Source of the DNA: a virus
IMG/VR virus record: IMGVR_UViG_3300006737_000020
Span: 1-64,000 of that record
DNA length: 64,000 nt
Direction: 5' to 3' (one strand)
Shown: one piece after another, positions 1-8,197 of the stretch
Numbering within the stretch: the stretch's first letter is position 1
Layout of the letters: each line of letters begins with the position of its first letter
Program-made: the position numbers and the translations under genes
The notes under the pieces: model-generated
The model's input: the letters and a program-made list of their open reading frames with translations, nothing else
What the model was told of the DNA's origin: nothing
The model's database searches: none

Positions 1-738
1 ATTTTGATTGGCAATACCTGTTATAACTGAATCATATCTTAATCCAACATATGCTTCATTCAACTCTAATGTATAATGTAATACTGTTTTGCCTTTCTTG
101 ACCGCATCTGCTCCGACATTCATTAATGCCCATGATTTACCAATTCCTGCAGGAGCAACCATTACACCAAGTTCACCTTTACCTAAACCACCATCTGTTA
201 GTTCATTTATAACTTCCCATGGAGTAGGTTGTACATCTCTAACTGCATCTGTATATCGTTCATCTATACTTGTCATATAATCATGTCCAATATCTTTATC
301 CGCTCCAGCTTTTAAAGCTTCATCAACTTTTGCTTTGATCCCATCATAGTCACCATTCTTTAATAATTCTACAGATCCTAAAATAGCTTTTTTAATTTCT
401 TGGTTTTTACAAAAATCCATTGCCTGATCTTTGATATATTCTAAATCAGGTGATTCTGTATATTTCCATGCATCCTTAAGATGTGCAACTACTTGTTCTT
501 TTAGTACATCATGGTCAACTTTTTCAAGTTTAACTTTCATCACTTCCAATGTAGGAGATGATTTATATTCTTTAAAGTATTCTAAAATTGTATCTATAAT
601 CCAGGCATTGGCATCAGATTCAAAATAACCTGAGACCATAATATCTGAAATTTGTTGTAGGAATGATTTATCTACTAGTAATGCTGTAATTACCTTTATC
701 TGAAATGCGTATCCGTACGAACTTAATCTATCTGTCAT
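1..738 (-). CDS. dnaB: Replicative DnaB/gp41-like helicase (runs off the left window edge)
   Basis: Not in the ORF track. Manual translation from ATG at 738 gives MTDRLSSYGYAFQIKVITALL...TPWEVINELTDGGLGKGELGVMVAPAGIGKSWAL...VLHYTLEL, with Walker A and SF4 helicase motifs; open to position 1. Confidence 0.93.
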   Translation of the reverse strand, partial: MTDRLSSYGYAFQIKVITALLVDKSFLQQISDIMVSGYFESDANAWIIDTILEYFKEYKSSPTLEVMKVKLEKVDHDVLKEQVVAHLKDAWKYTESPDLEYIKDQAMDFCKNQEIKKAILGSVELLKNGDYDGIKAKVDEALKAGADKDIGHDYMTSIDERYTDAVRDVQPTPWEVINELTDGGLGKGELGVMVAPAGIGKSWALMNVGADAVKKGKTVLHYTLELNEAYVGLRYDSVITGIANQN

Positions 739-741
739 ACT

Positions 742-773
742 TTAATATAATAATTTTTTTTCTAAAATCCTAA
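742..773 (-). promoter_or_regulatory. Class I (Bacteroidota-type -33/-7) promoter of the helicase gene
   Basis: Coding strand TTAG-N20-TATATTAA, ending 3 nt before the ATG. Confidence 0.7.
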
Positions 774-1840
774 TCTTTTCGCATTTGAATATACGCGTTA
801 AGAGTATTAAATGATGTTGCAAGCCAAGTATCTAAATCTTTAATGACTGTATACATTTTATCTTGCATAAACATCTTTTTAAATTGGAATGTATTTAACT
901 TATCTACTGTTCCTGTAACCTTATCATGTATCATCATCTTTATAGAACCGGCAATATCAACCTCTTTGAGTTGCATAAGAGAATGGTTCAAGTCAACCTG
1001 GTCCTCTGATTCTACTACGGACTTATAGATTTTGTAGCGACCTTCATCTGCTCCATCTTTTGCATGATTTATAATTTCATGTATTGGTACATGTCTATTT
1101 TCTGTAATCATTGGAAAAAATTTCTTCAATGATTTTAATGCAACTCCTTTAACTCCAGGAATATTATCTGACTTATCACCTAGGAATGTTCTATATAATA
1201 AATAATTTGAAGCGTTAATTCCAAATTCTTCTTGCATTAATCTTGGATTGTACATTTTCTTTTTGATTGGACTCCAAACAGATATCCTATCATTTACTAA
1301 TTGTAAAAAATCTCTATCTGTAGATACAATTTGTACTTTTTGATTTGGTTCTGTATATACTTCGTTTGCAATATATGCTATCGCATCATCAGCCTCAATA
1401 TTATCAACCGCTAACATTGTAATTGGTAAACAATTTAAATATTCAACTAATCTACCAAATTGTTTTTTCATGGAATCTGACTCATCTTCTTGTGTTGCAA
1501 ATTCTTTATATCTGTTAAATGCTGTTTTTACAGCTCTATTTGCTTTATAATCTGGATAAATCTTTTTTCTACGTTTAGATCCACCTTTACCATCAAAACA
1601 AACAATTACTCTTGTCGGCTTTAATAAACGAATATTTGCAGCTAATGATCTTAAAAATCCTGTAACACCACCAATATGATCTCCATCATCATTTAATGCA
1701 GGAACTGCGGAGAATACTCTAATAAAGGTATTAAGACCATCGAGTATTAATATCTTACTATTAATATCCGATGGTCTACCTTCTTGATGTTCCCTAACAA
1801 CATCTTGGAAAAACTTTTGAAGTTGCTTATGATTCTTCAT
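770..1840 (-). CDS. 5'-3' exonuclease / flap endonuclease (T4 RNase H-like)
   Basis: LILDGLN, FDGKGGS..RK.IYPDYKANR, EADDAI, STDRDFLQL and GDKSDNIPGV motifs. Confidence 0.93.
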   Translation of the reverse strand: MKNHKQLQKFFQDVVREHQEGRPSDINSKILILDGLNTFIRVFSAVPALNDDGDHIGGVTGFLRSLAANIRLLKPTRVIVCFDGKGGSKRRKKIYPDYKANRAVKTAFNRYKEFATQEDESDSMKKQFGRLVEYLNCLPITMLAVDNIEADDAIAYIANEVYTEPNQKVQIVSTDRDFLQLVNDRISVWSPIKKKMYNPRLMQEEFGINASNYLLYRTFLGDKSDNIPGVKGVALKSLKKFFPMITENRHVPIHEIINHAKDGADEGRYKIYKSVVESEDQVDLNHSLMQLKEVDIAGSIKMMIHDKVTGTVDKLNTFQFKKMFMQDKMYTVIKDLDTWLATSFNTLNAYIQMRKD

Positions 1841-2981
1841 TCACGAATTCTTCATCTATTTCAACATCATCTATTCCAATATTGTCACCAGGTTTGTATG
1901 TTAATATATACGCATTACAAATAGCATTGTATATCTCATCCTTCAATTCCGGATCAGCTTCAAGTTTACCTTGAAAGTCTTTTGATAAGAATTTTACATC
2001 TGTACCATCTGCTTTTGTATATGTATACCACGCACCTGCTGTACTCACCAATTTATGTTGTTTCATAACATTTAACCAGCCACCAAAATTATCTATTCCA
2101 CTTTCAAAGTAAATATCATAATCGATAGTCTTTAAAGGTGGACCCATTCTATTTTTAATAACTTGGCATCTAGTTTTGATACCAACAGTTTGATCAACGC
2201 CATCTTTTTTGACTTTGATTTGCCCTACTGATTTCAATCGTAACCGTACTGATGAGTGAAATGGAATTGCTTTTCCACCACTTGTTGTCCAAGGATCACC
2301 AAATGCTACACCTAGTCTTGAACGAAGCTGATTAGTAAACAATAAGGCAATTCGTTGTCTACCAATAAGATTTGTAATCTTACGCATACCTTTTGATAAT
2401 ATGATAGCTTTGGACGTTGCCCAACCATCTTTATCATAATCTGCTGCTTGCTCAATCTTTGTTGAAGCACCCATTACTGAATCAACGACAATTGTTACCA
2501 ATCGGTCTTTGTTAGATTTTCTAACTGATTCAATAATACTTTCAATTGCTTCAAAGATATCTTCAATAGCATCTAATGGAACATAGAGCATTTTTTCCAG
2601 GTCTAATCCAATTGCTTCGAGAAACTCTCTACTAACTGCATTTTCTGTATCAATATAAACGGCTAACCCACCTTGCTTTTGCGTATCTGCTAAAGCATGA
2701 GCTGCCAATAATGATTTACCTGAAGCTTCTAATCCTGTTATCTCAGTTATTCTGCCAACTGGAAAACCTCCATTTTGTCTATTTGAGATTGCTAAATCTA
2801 GCATAGAAGAGCCTGTACCTACCCAACCACCTACTTCACTAGGTGAATCTGTATCTCCGTCTAGGAAATATGCAACTTTATAGTTAGTATTTTTAAATTT
2901 CTTGTTAAGTCCTTCTCTAATACTTTCTCCTAAAGCTGTTGCTAGCTCGTCTGCTTGTTGTGCTTTACTTTTCTTTGCCAT
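1827..2981 (-). CDS. recA: RecA/UvsX recombinase
   Basis: GLEASGKS Walker A, YIDTENA, IVVDSV Walker B, FTNQLR, TSGGKAIPFHSSVRLRL, KNRMGPP. Confidence 0.95.
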   Translation of the reverse strand: MAKKSKAQQADELATALGESIREGLNKKFKNTNYKVAYFLDGDTDSPSEVGGWVGTGSSMLDLAISNRQNGGFPVGRITEITGLEASGKSLLAAHALADTQKQGGLAVYIDTENAVSREFLEAIGLDLEKMLYVPLDAIEDIFEAIESIIESVRKSNKDRLVTIVVDSVMGASTKIEQAADYDKDGWATSKAIILSKGMRKITNLIGRQRIALLFTNQLRSRLGVAFGDPWTTSGGKAIPFHSSVRLRLKSVGQIKVKKDGVDQTVGIKTRCQVIKNRMGPPLKTIDYDIYFESGIDNFGGWLNVMKQHKLVSTAGAWYTYTKADGTDVKFLSKDFQGKLEADPELKDEIYNAICNAYILTYKPGDNIGIDDVEIDEEFVNEES

Positions 2982-2996
2982 ATATAACCTTTAATT

Positions 2997-3779
2997 TTAT
3001 TCATTAAACAAATCATCAAATGCTGCTGAAACATCATCTACTTTGTTAACACCTTCTTTAACTGCATCTTCTTTCTTTGCTACTGGTTCTGCTGGTGTAG
3101 ATGCAGGATCTGTAGTTGCATCATCTCCATCTGGATTCAACCAATTTGCTAAAGCTTCTTTTAATTCATCATATGATGGCTCTTTAAAAATATCTTTAAG
3201 ATTAGGTTGATTCTTTGCACAAGCTTCTGCAACATTTTTGTCTTCAGTTAAAGCTGTAACATTAGGCTTTACTCTAATTGCTGTTTTAGGAAATTGTCCT
3301 GGACCTTCTGCTGGTGTAAATTCAACTAAGATATCTCTACCATTCATTGGATCTGTAATGTCACCATAATCTGGATCAGCTATTACTCCTAAAAGTTCTT
3401 GATAAACTAGTTTACCAAATCCCCAAAATTTAACACCTTCTGATTCTTTTCCTCTAACTAATACAGGAACATAAGTTCTCATTTTAGGTTCCATTTTCTT
3501 ACCTAATTTCCATTCGTCTGAATTACCAGAAGATTTTAATTTTTCAGAAAATTCAACAACTGGATCTGGTCTACCATGAGTTACTGGTGATAAAAAGTTT
3601 TTCTTACCTAAGTCATAGTGAAAGTACAATTCATTGAATGGATTGTCTTTGTTGTGCTGATAAGGTACGATTCTGATTATTTGTTTGCCTGGTTCAGGCT
3701 TCCATAAGTTTGACGTTCTATTATTCGTCGTTTGTAATTGATTAAGCTTTGCCTTAATCGCGTCTAAGTTAATTGCCAT
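2997..3779 (-). CDS. gp32: Single-stranded DNA-binding protein (T4 gp32-like)
   Basis: LWKPEPGKQIIRIVP, VKFWGFGK, DITDP..GRD, acidic C-tail (DDVSAAFDDLFNE); adjacent to UvsX. Confidence 0.85.
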   Translation of the reverse strand: MAINLDAIKAKLNQLQTTNNRTSNLWKPEPGKQIIRIVPYQHNKDNPFNELYFHYDLGKKNFLSPVTHGRPDPVVEFSEKLKSSGNSDEWKLGKKMEPKMRTYVPVLVRGKESEGVKFWGFGKLVYQELLGVIADPDYGDITDPMNGRDILVEFTPAEGPGQFPKTAIRVKPNVTALTEDKNVAEACAKNQPNLKDIFKEPSYDELKEALANWLNPDGDDATTDPASTPAEPVAKKEDAVKEGVNKVDDVSAAFDDLFNE

Positions 3780-3817
3780 TTTTTTATTCCTTTTTTTTAA
3801 TGGTTAATAATTAATAA

Positions 3818-3849
3818 TTAATATAACAACTTTATTTCAGTAATCCTAA
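3818..3849 (-). promoter_or_regulatory. Class I promoter upstream of SSB
   Basis: TTAG-N20-TATATTAA on the coding strand. Confidence 0.7.
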
Positions 3850-3940
3850 TGATTTATCAAAAAAGTTGTAAAAAAGTTTTTATTTTTTATTTTTTAATTT
3901 TGAGTTTAATTATGGCTAAACTCTAATCCTTTTTATTTAA

Positions 3941-3974
3941 TATAAATATAATGAAAATATTTCATATATCCTAA
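3941..3974 (-). promoter_or_regulatory. Composite class I/class II promoter upstream of SSB
   Basis: TTAG-N20-TATATTTA whose -7 box continues into the ATATTTATA motif (3941-3949). Confidence 0.6.
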
Positions 3975-3978
3975 TTTT

Positions 3979-4296
3979 TTATTCAAATTCTCCAAGTGCA
4001 TCTTGCATTGTAGTTATTAAAGCATTTTCTTCAGTACTTGAAAGCTTTGTACCATCTAAATATTTATCATATTCTTTTTCTAAACCTGTATCTTCAATAT
4101 ACTGATTTAATATTTCTAATGAATTTTCATCACTATAGTCGTAAATTGAATTATATACAGCTTGAACTTTTGGGTTTGCATTTTCTTTTATTAAAGTAGC
4201 ATCATTGCTTCTTGTTTTACCTTCAAACAATTGTTTGTATTTTTTACCTAAATTCATTTTTTTTTGTTCTTTTTTATAGTGTTCTGAATATCCCAT
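3979..4296 (-). CDS. Hypothetical protein, candidate internal head protein
   Basis: 105-aa ORF; MNLGKKYKQLFEG...LIKE resembles the N-terminus of 35176..35592. Confidence 0.6.
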   Translation of the reverse strand: MGYSEHYKKEQKKMNLGKKYKQLFEGKTRSNDATLIKENANPKVQAVYNSIYDYSDENSLEILNQYIEDTGLEKEYDKYLDGTKLSSTEENALITTMQDALGEFE

Positions 4297-4688
4297 TATA
4301 CATCAAATCTTTTATATAACTCTAATACTATTCTACGGTATCCTTCATTATTAGTTAAGAGTAAACTATTTTTATAATTTTCCCATGCAATAATAAATGT
4401 TTTATCTAGAACTCCATTATTAACTGTTTTAATAATTTCATTTAATGCATTAACTGTATACAATGTATTTGTATCTTTCTTTCTATGTATTAAAATTGTA
4501 TTAGGTGTTTTTTTGTAATCTTCTTTAGGATCTACATTGTATGTAACATAAACATCATTTGGCTTATCTGCATCATTAAACACAAAGATTTTTTTCTCTA
4601 CGATTGTGTAACTTTTTTTAACATAATCGACTATGAGATTTAAATCCTTTCTATGAGCGAATGTACATAATAAATTTGTTCTTGCCAA
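4296..4688 (-). CDS. Hypothetical phage protein
   Basis: 130-aa ORF with TTG start, preceded by the class II motif at 4715-4723. Confidence 0.7.
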   Translation of the reverse strand: MARTNLLCTFAHRKDLNLIVDYVKKSYTIVEKKIFVFNDADKPNDVYVTYNVDPKEDYKKTPNTILIHRKKDTNTLYTVNALNEIIKTVNNGVLDKTFIIAWENYKNSLLLTNNEGYRRIVLELYKRFDV

Positions 4689-4751
4689 AATCTTCTTCCT
4701 GTTTATTATTCTATTATAAATATCAACTTTTATACTGAAACCTATAGTCTC

Positions 4752-5942
4752 TTAACCAAATATTGTTTTTAGATTACCTTTAATAGATCCTCCTGAAACA
4801 TTTAATGCATCTGCAGATTCTGAATCTATGGCAGTAATATCTATTTTATGAAAATGTACATCTGCTTTTCCTGGAATTACATTTGCAATATATCCCATTT
4901 GTCCTGGTTTGCTACCATATTTATTTGCTGCAAGCATTTGTAATACTTGTACTGCAAGTTCATCAGGTGTTGATGATTTAGATAATCTATTAACATTTAT
5001 CTCTACTTTTGACTTTCGACCTGAAGCTTCAAAAGATTTTTCCATATCATCAAATACTGAATTGGCATTCTTTATCATATCTGTAAATATACTATCTGAT
5101 CCGAATATTTCTTCTAATTTTTCTAATCCTGGTAAATTTAGAAAAGTAAATAAAGAAGTTCCTGCTTCTACTATATGTTTTTTACCAAATGTTATTTCTG
5201 TTATTGGATTAGCCACAGACCCCTCCTTAAAAGCTTTTGTTAATGCATGTATTCCAAATATATTTTGCACAATTCTTCTTTCTAGTTTCATGTCTGACCA
5301 CCTACCTAATCCAGTAATTCTAGAATGACTAGGATATGATTTTACTTCAACAGCCTTTTTGTCTATTCTTAAATCGGGTGCACCTGAGCCTTCTTGAGTA
5401 GTATCTTCTGCTCTATTTGCCGAACCTTGTTGGAAATTAAACAACCAATACAATGCAATCTCACCTTTACCTATAATTGCTAGATTATTATTTTCTGCCC
5501 ATAATTCCTCAAATATTTCAATATCTTCTTTTTGCCATGCACCTACTAATGGTCCTGAATCGTTTGGTACACTATATTTACCTTTTACCATTGGAATTAC
5601 TTGAACTTGTAATCTTCTTTTGATTGCCTCATCATAATCAGTTGATGTTCCTGTACGTTCTTTTTCCTCTGATTGAGTAGTATCAACATCTAGTTCATCT
5701 TTGCCTGGTATAAATTGATCGTCTGCTGGTGCTTCTTTTACAGGCTTTGCATCATTAAATGCTTGGTCTAATTGAAAATCATCTTCTGTTAATGATTTGA
5801 TAATAGGTATTGCATTTATTCCTTGTTCTATTAACACTTCTTTTAAAACATGGAGCTCGTCTTGGTTATATGGTTTTATCGCATAACCATTAGGTAGTCT
5901 GTAAAACCACTCTGTTAATATGTCATTTACGTTTCTTTGCAT
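4752..5942 (-). CDS. PD-(D/E)xK nuclease-fold protein with N-terminal leader
   Basis: GKGEIAL...PDLRIDKKAVEVKSY matches the E...PD...ExK pattern. Confidence 0.6.
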   Translation of the reverse strand: MQRNVNDILTEWFYRLPNGYAIKPYNQDELHVLKEVLIEQGINAIPIIKSLTEDDFQLDQAFNDAKPVKEAPADDQFIPGKDELDVDTTQSEEKERTGTSTDYDEAIKRRLQVQVIPMVKGKYSVPNDSGPLVGAWQKEDIEIFEELWAENNNLAIIGKGEIALYWLFNFQQGSANRAEDTTQEGSGAPDLRIDKKAVEVKSYPSHSRITGLGRWSDMKLERRIVQNIFGIHALTKAFKEGSVANPITEITFGKKHIVEAGTSLFTFLNLPGLEKLEEIFGSDSIFTDMIKNANSVFDDMEKSFEASGRKSKVEINVNRLSKSSTPDELAVQVLQMLAANKYGSKPGQMGYIANVIPGKADVHFHKIDITAIDSESADALNVSGGSIKGNLKTIFG

Positions 5943-5959
5943 TTATTATAAATATGTAG

Positions 5960-7306
5960 TTAAACTACTTTCTCGGTCATATTTATCATGTCATGCATAG
6001 ATTTACCTGCTTTAATTTTAACTGGAAATTTATTATTTGTCATAGTATTCTTTAATTTAATAATTAGGTCTCTTCCGTCTTTAATATTAAAATCAAATAG
6101 CAATGAATCATATGTATATAAAATTAGTTTAGTATCATATGGTCCTAACAATGCATTTACTTCATTCATTACAGCCATATTATATTCAGTTTCCATACTT
6201 TGTAAATAATAATTAAATAATTTACTTGGGTTCATATCAGACATTGCAGTTTTAAATAACTTTCTTTTTAATATAGCTGTTTCCATATATCCTTTAGATT
6301 GGAATTCTTTCCACAATTTATAAGTAAAATCTTTTACTTTACCAAAGAATGTAATTTTTGCAAAATCTTTATCAACACCTCCATATAATAATCGGAATGA
6401 TATTTGTTTACTTTGTTCATATTCTTCTTCTGATAATTTATCTTTTCCAAAATATTGTTTACCTAAATATGTATGAACATTTTCTTTTCCAAAATCATAA
6501 TCTATAATATCTCCAATTAATCGTAAATGGTAAGAGTCATAGTCTAACTCTAATAACATACCATATTCATGTCTTGATATAAATGATTTTCTAGATCCAT
6601 CTATTTTATTTATGGCAGCATAATTTACACCACCATGTTTATTTGAAGGACGTCCTGTGGTTGTATAAATATTATATTCTGTATATGCCGTTTTTCCAAC
6701 TAAATTATTTGTTTGGAATTTTTCTACAAATTTATCATAATTAACTTTTAATCCATTTCTTTCAATTGCATATAAGTTATCTATAAATAATTCGTTATAA
6801 TAATCAAATCCATCTGTACGCTTAAATGTAGAATATGATTGTATAAATTTATTTTTCATTGCAGAACATCTTTCATAATGTTTAACTATAGGAACATAAT
6901 CATGCACATTGGTTTCATTATAGTACCATTTATTATACCAATCATGAGCATTTGTATCACAATCTTCTAATTGTAACATTTGATTTGATTGAAAATATTC
7001 AACTAAATCTGCATCATAGGTCTTATGATGGTAGAAATTTACAAAGCGTTTCTTCCCCAAAACATATATATCAGCCTTACTTGTAAGCCTGTTTAGATGT
7101 TCGGATTCTAGGCATATACAATCCTTATGACGGAATGGTACAATATATTCTTTTTTAGTATCCATAACATATATATAAACAAAACTTATTTCATTATTCA
7201 CATAATGTTTATATAAATCAGAAAATACTGGTATCCACAAACTATTAGATGTCTGTAATGCTTGATGTAGCTCTTGTAACCTTTTTTTGTCTTCTACAAT
7301 TTTCAT
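5960..7306 (-). CDS. Divergent family A DNA polymerase-like protein
   Basis: TTTGRPS, motif A LDYDSYHLR, motif B SKQISFRLLYG, NYYLQS, motif C YTYDSLLFD. Confidence 0.85.
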   Translation of the reverse strand: MKIVEDKKRLQELHQALQTSNSLWIPVFSDLYKHYVNNEISFVYIYVMDTKKEYIVPFRHKDCICLESEHLNRLTSKADIYVLGKKRFVNFYHHKTYDADLVEYFQSNQMLQLEDCDTNAHDWYNKWYYNETNVHDYVPIVKHYERCSAMKNKFIQSYSTFKRTDGFDYYNELFIDNLYAIERNGLKVNYDKFVEKFQTNNLVGKTAYTEYNIYTTTGRPSNKHGGVNYAAINKIDGSRKSFISRHEYGMLLELDYDSYHLRLIGDIIDYDFGKENVHTYLGKQYFGKDKLSEEEYEQSKQISFRLLYGGVDKDFAKITFFGKVKDFTYKLWKEFQSKGYMETAILKRKLFKTAMSDMNPSKLFNYYLQSMETEYNMAVMNEVNALLGPYDTKLILYTYDSLLFDFNIKDGRDLIIKLKNTMTNNKFPVKIKAGKSMHDMINMTEKVV

Positions 7307-7310
7307 TAAT

Positions 7311-7342
7311 TAATTATAATGAATTTTTTTCAAATAACCAAA
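7311..7342 (-). promoter_or_regulatory. Class I promoter of the PolA-like gene
   Basis: TTTG-N20-TATAATTA, ending 4 nt before the ATG. Confidence 0.6.
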
Positions 7343-8197
7343 TTAATAGCCAGAAGATTGTCCACCACCGGCTGAGTCTTTAGATCTTGCTTGTTGCATT
7401 GCATGTTGTCCTGGAGTCATTAATTTATCATGTGCAACTTTATTACTATGTTTTTTACCTCGCATTGGACCCATTTGCGAATGAATATGATAATAACCTA
7501 TATATGGAGTTCCGTCTGGTAATACAAACTCTGATCCATCTGTATGAAGATTATCCTGTTGTTGACCTGCAGGTCCATCTCCACGTATTTTATTATACGG
7601 TGAATGTTGAGTTAAGTCTCGTAATGCATCTGAAAGACCTGGCATTTTCATATTTTGTGCAAATGCCGTCCTTCTATTTGTAGATTCTATTCCATATGAT
7701 TTAATTCGTGTTTTTTCTTTATCATGATATATATCATAACGAGGTCCTGCTATTTTCCATCTAATGGATATTTTATCGTATATAAATCCATTAATATTTT
7801 TACCATCTTTTGATTTAACATCTTTATATTGTTTTTTATCAATTTCAATTACTGGTTTATCAAGATCATTTTTTTGTTTAATAAAATATCTCATCATATA
7901 ACCATTTGCAAGATCATTTGGTCCAGGTCCGGGTGTTTTATAAATAGGTGATTTGAATTCATATAAATTCTGTGTTGTTAATAAATCGTATACAATTATA
8001 TCACGAGTAGTAGTTGGAGCTTGATATTTTCGTAATACAATTGAATCATCATTAGGATATGCTCCAGTCATTACTAATTCATAATTACCAAAATAATGAT
8101 ATGGACCTGCATACTCATTGCCACTGAAATCCATAAACTCTTTACCATGAGTATGGTTTCCATAATGTCTATCTTTTTTTGCGTAATATCTTGCCAT
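7343..8197 (-). CDS. Hypothetical baseplate-module protein
   Basis: Coupled (TAATG) to the hub gene; two related G.EF...G..Y.G.YH units at the N- and C-termini. Confidence 0.65.
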   Translation of the reverse strand: MARYYAKKDRHYGNHTHGKEFMDFSGNEYAGPYHYFGNYELVMTGAYPNDDSIVLRKYQAPTTTRDIIVYDLLTTQNLYEFKSPIYKTPGPGPNDLANGYMMRYFIKQKNDLDKPVIEIDKKQYKDVKSKDGKNINGFIYDKISIRWKIAGPRYDIYHDKEKTRIKSYGIESTNRRTAFAQNMKMPGLSDALRDLTQHSPYNKIRGDGPAGQQQDNLHTDGSEFVLPDGTPYIGYYHIHSQMGPMRGKKHSNKVAHDKLMTPGQHAMQQARSKDSAGGGQSSGY

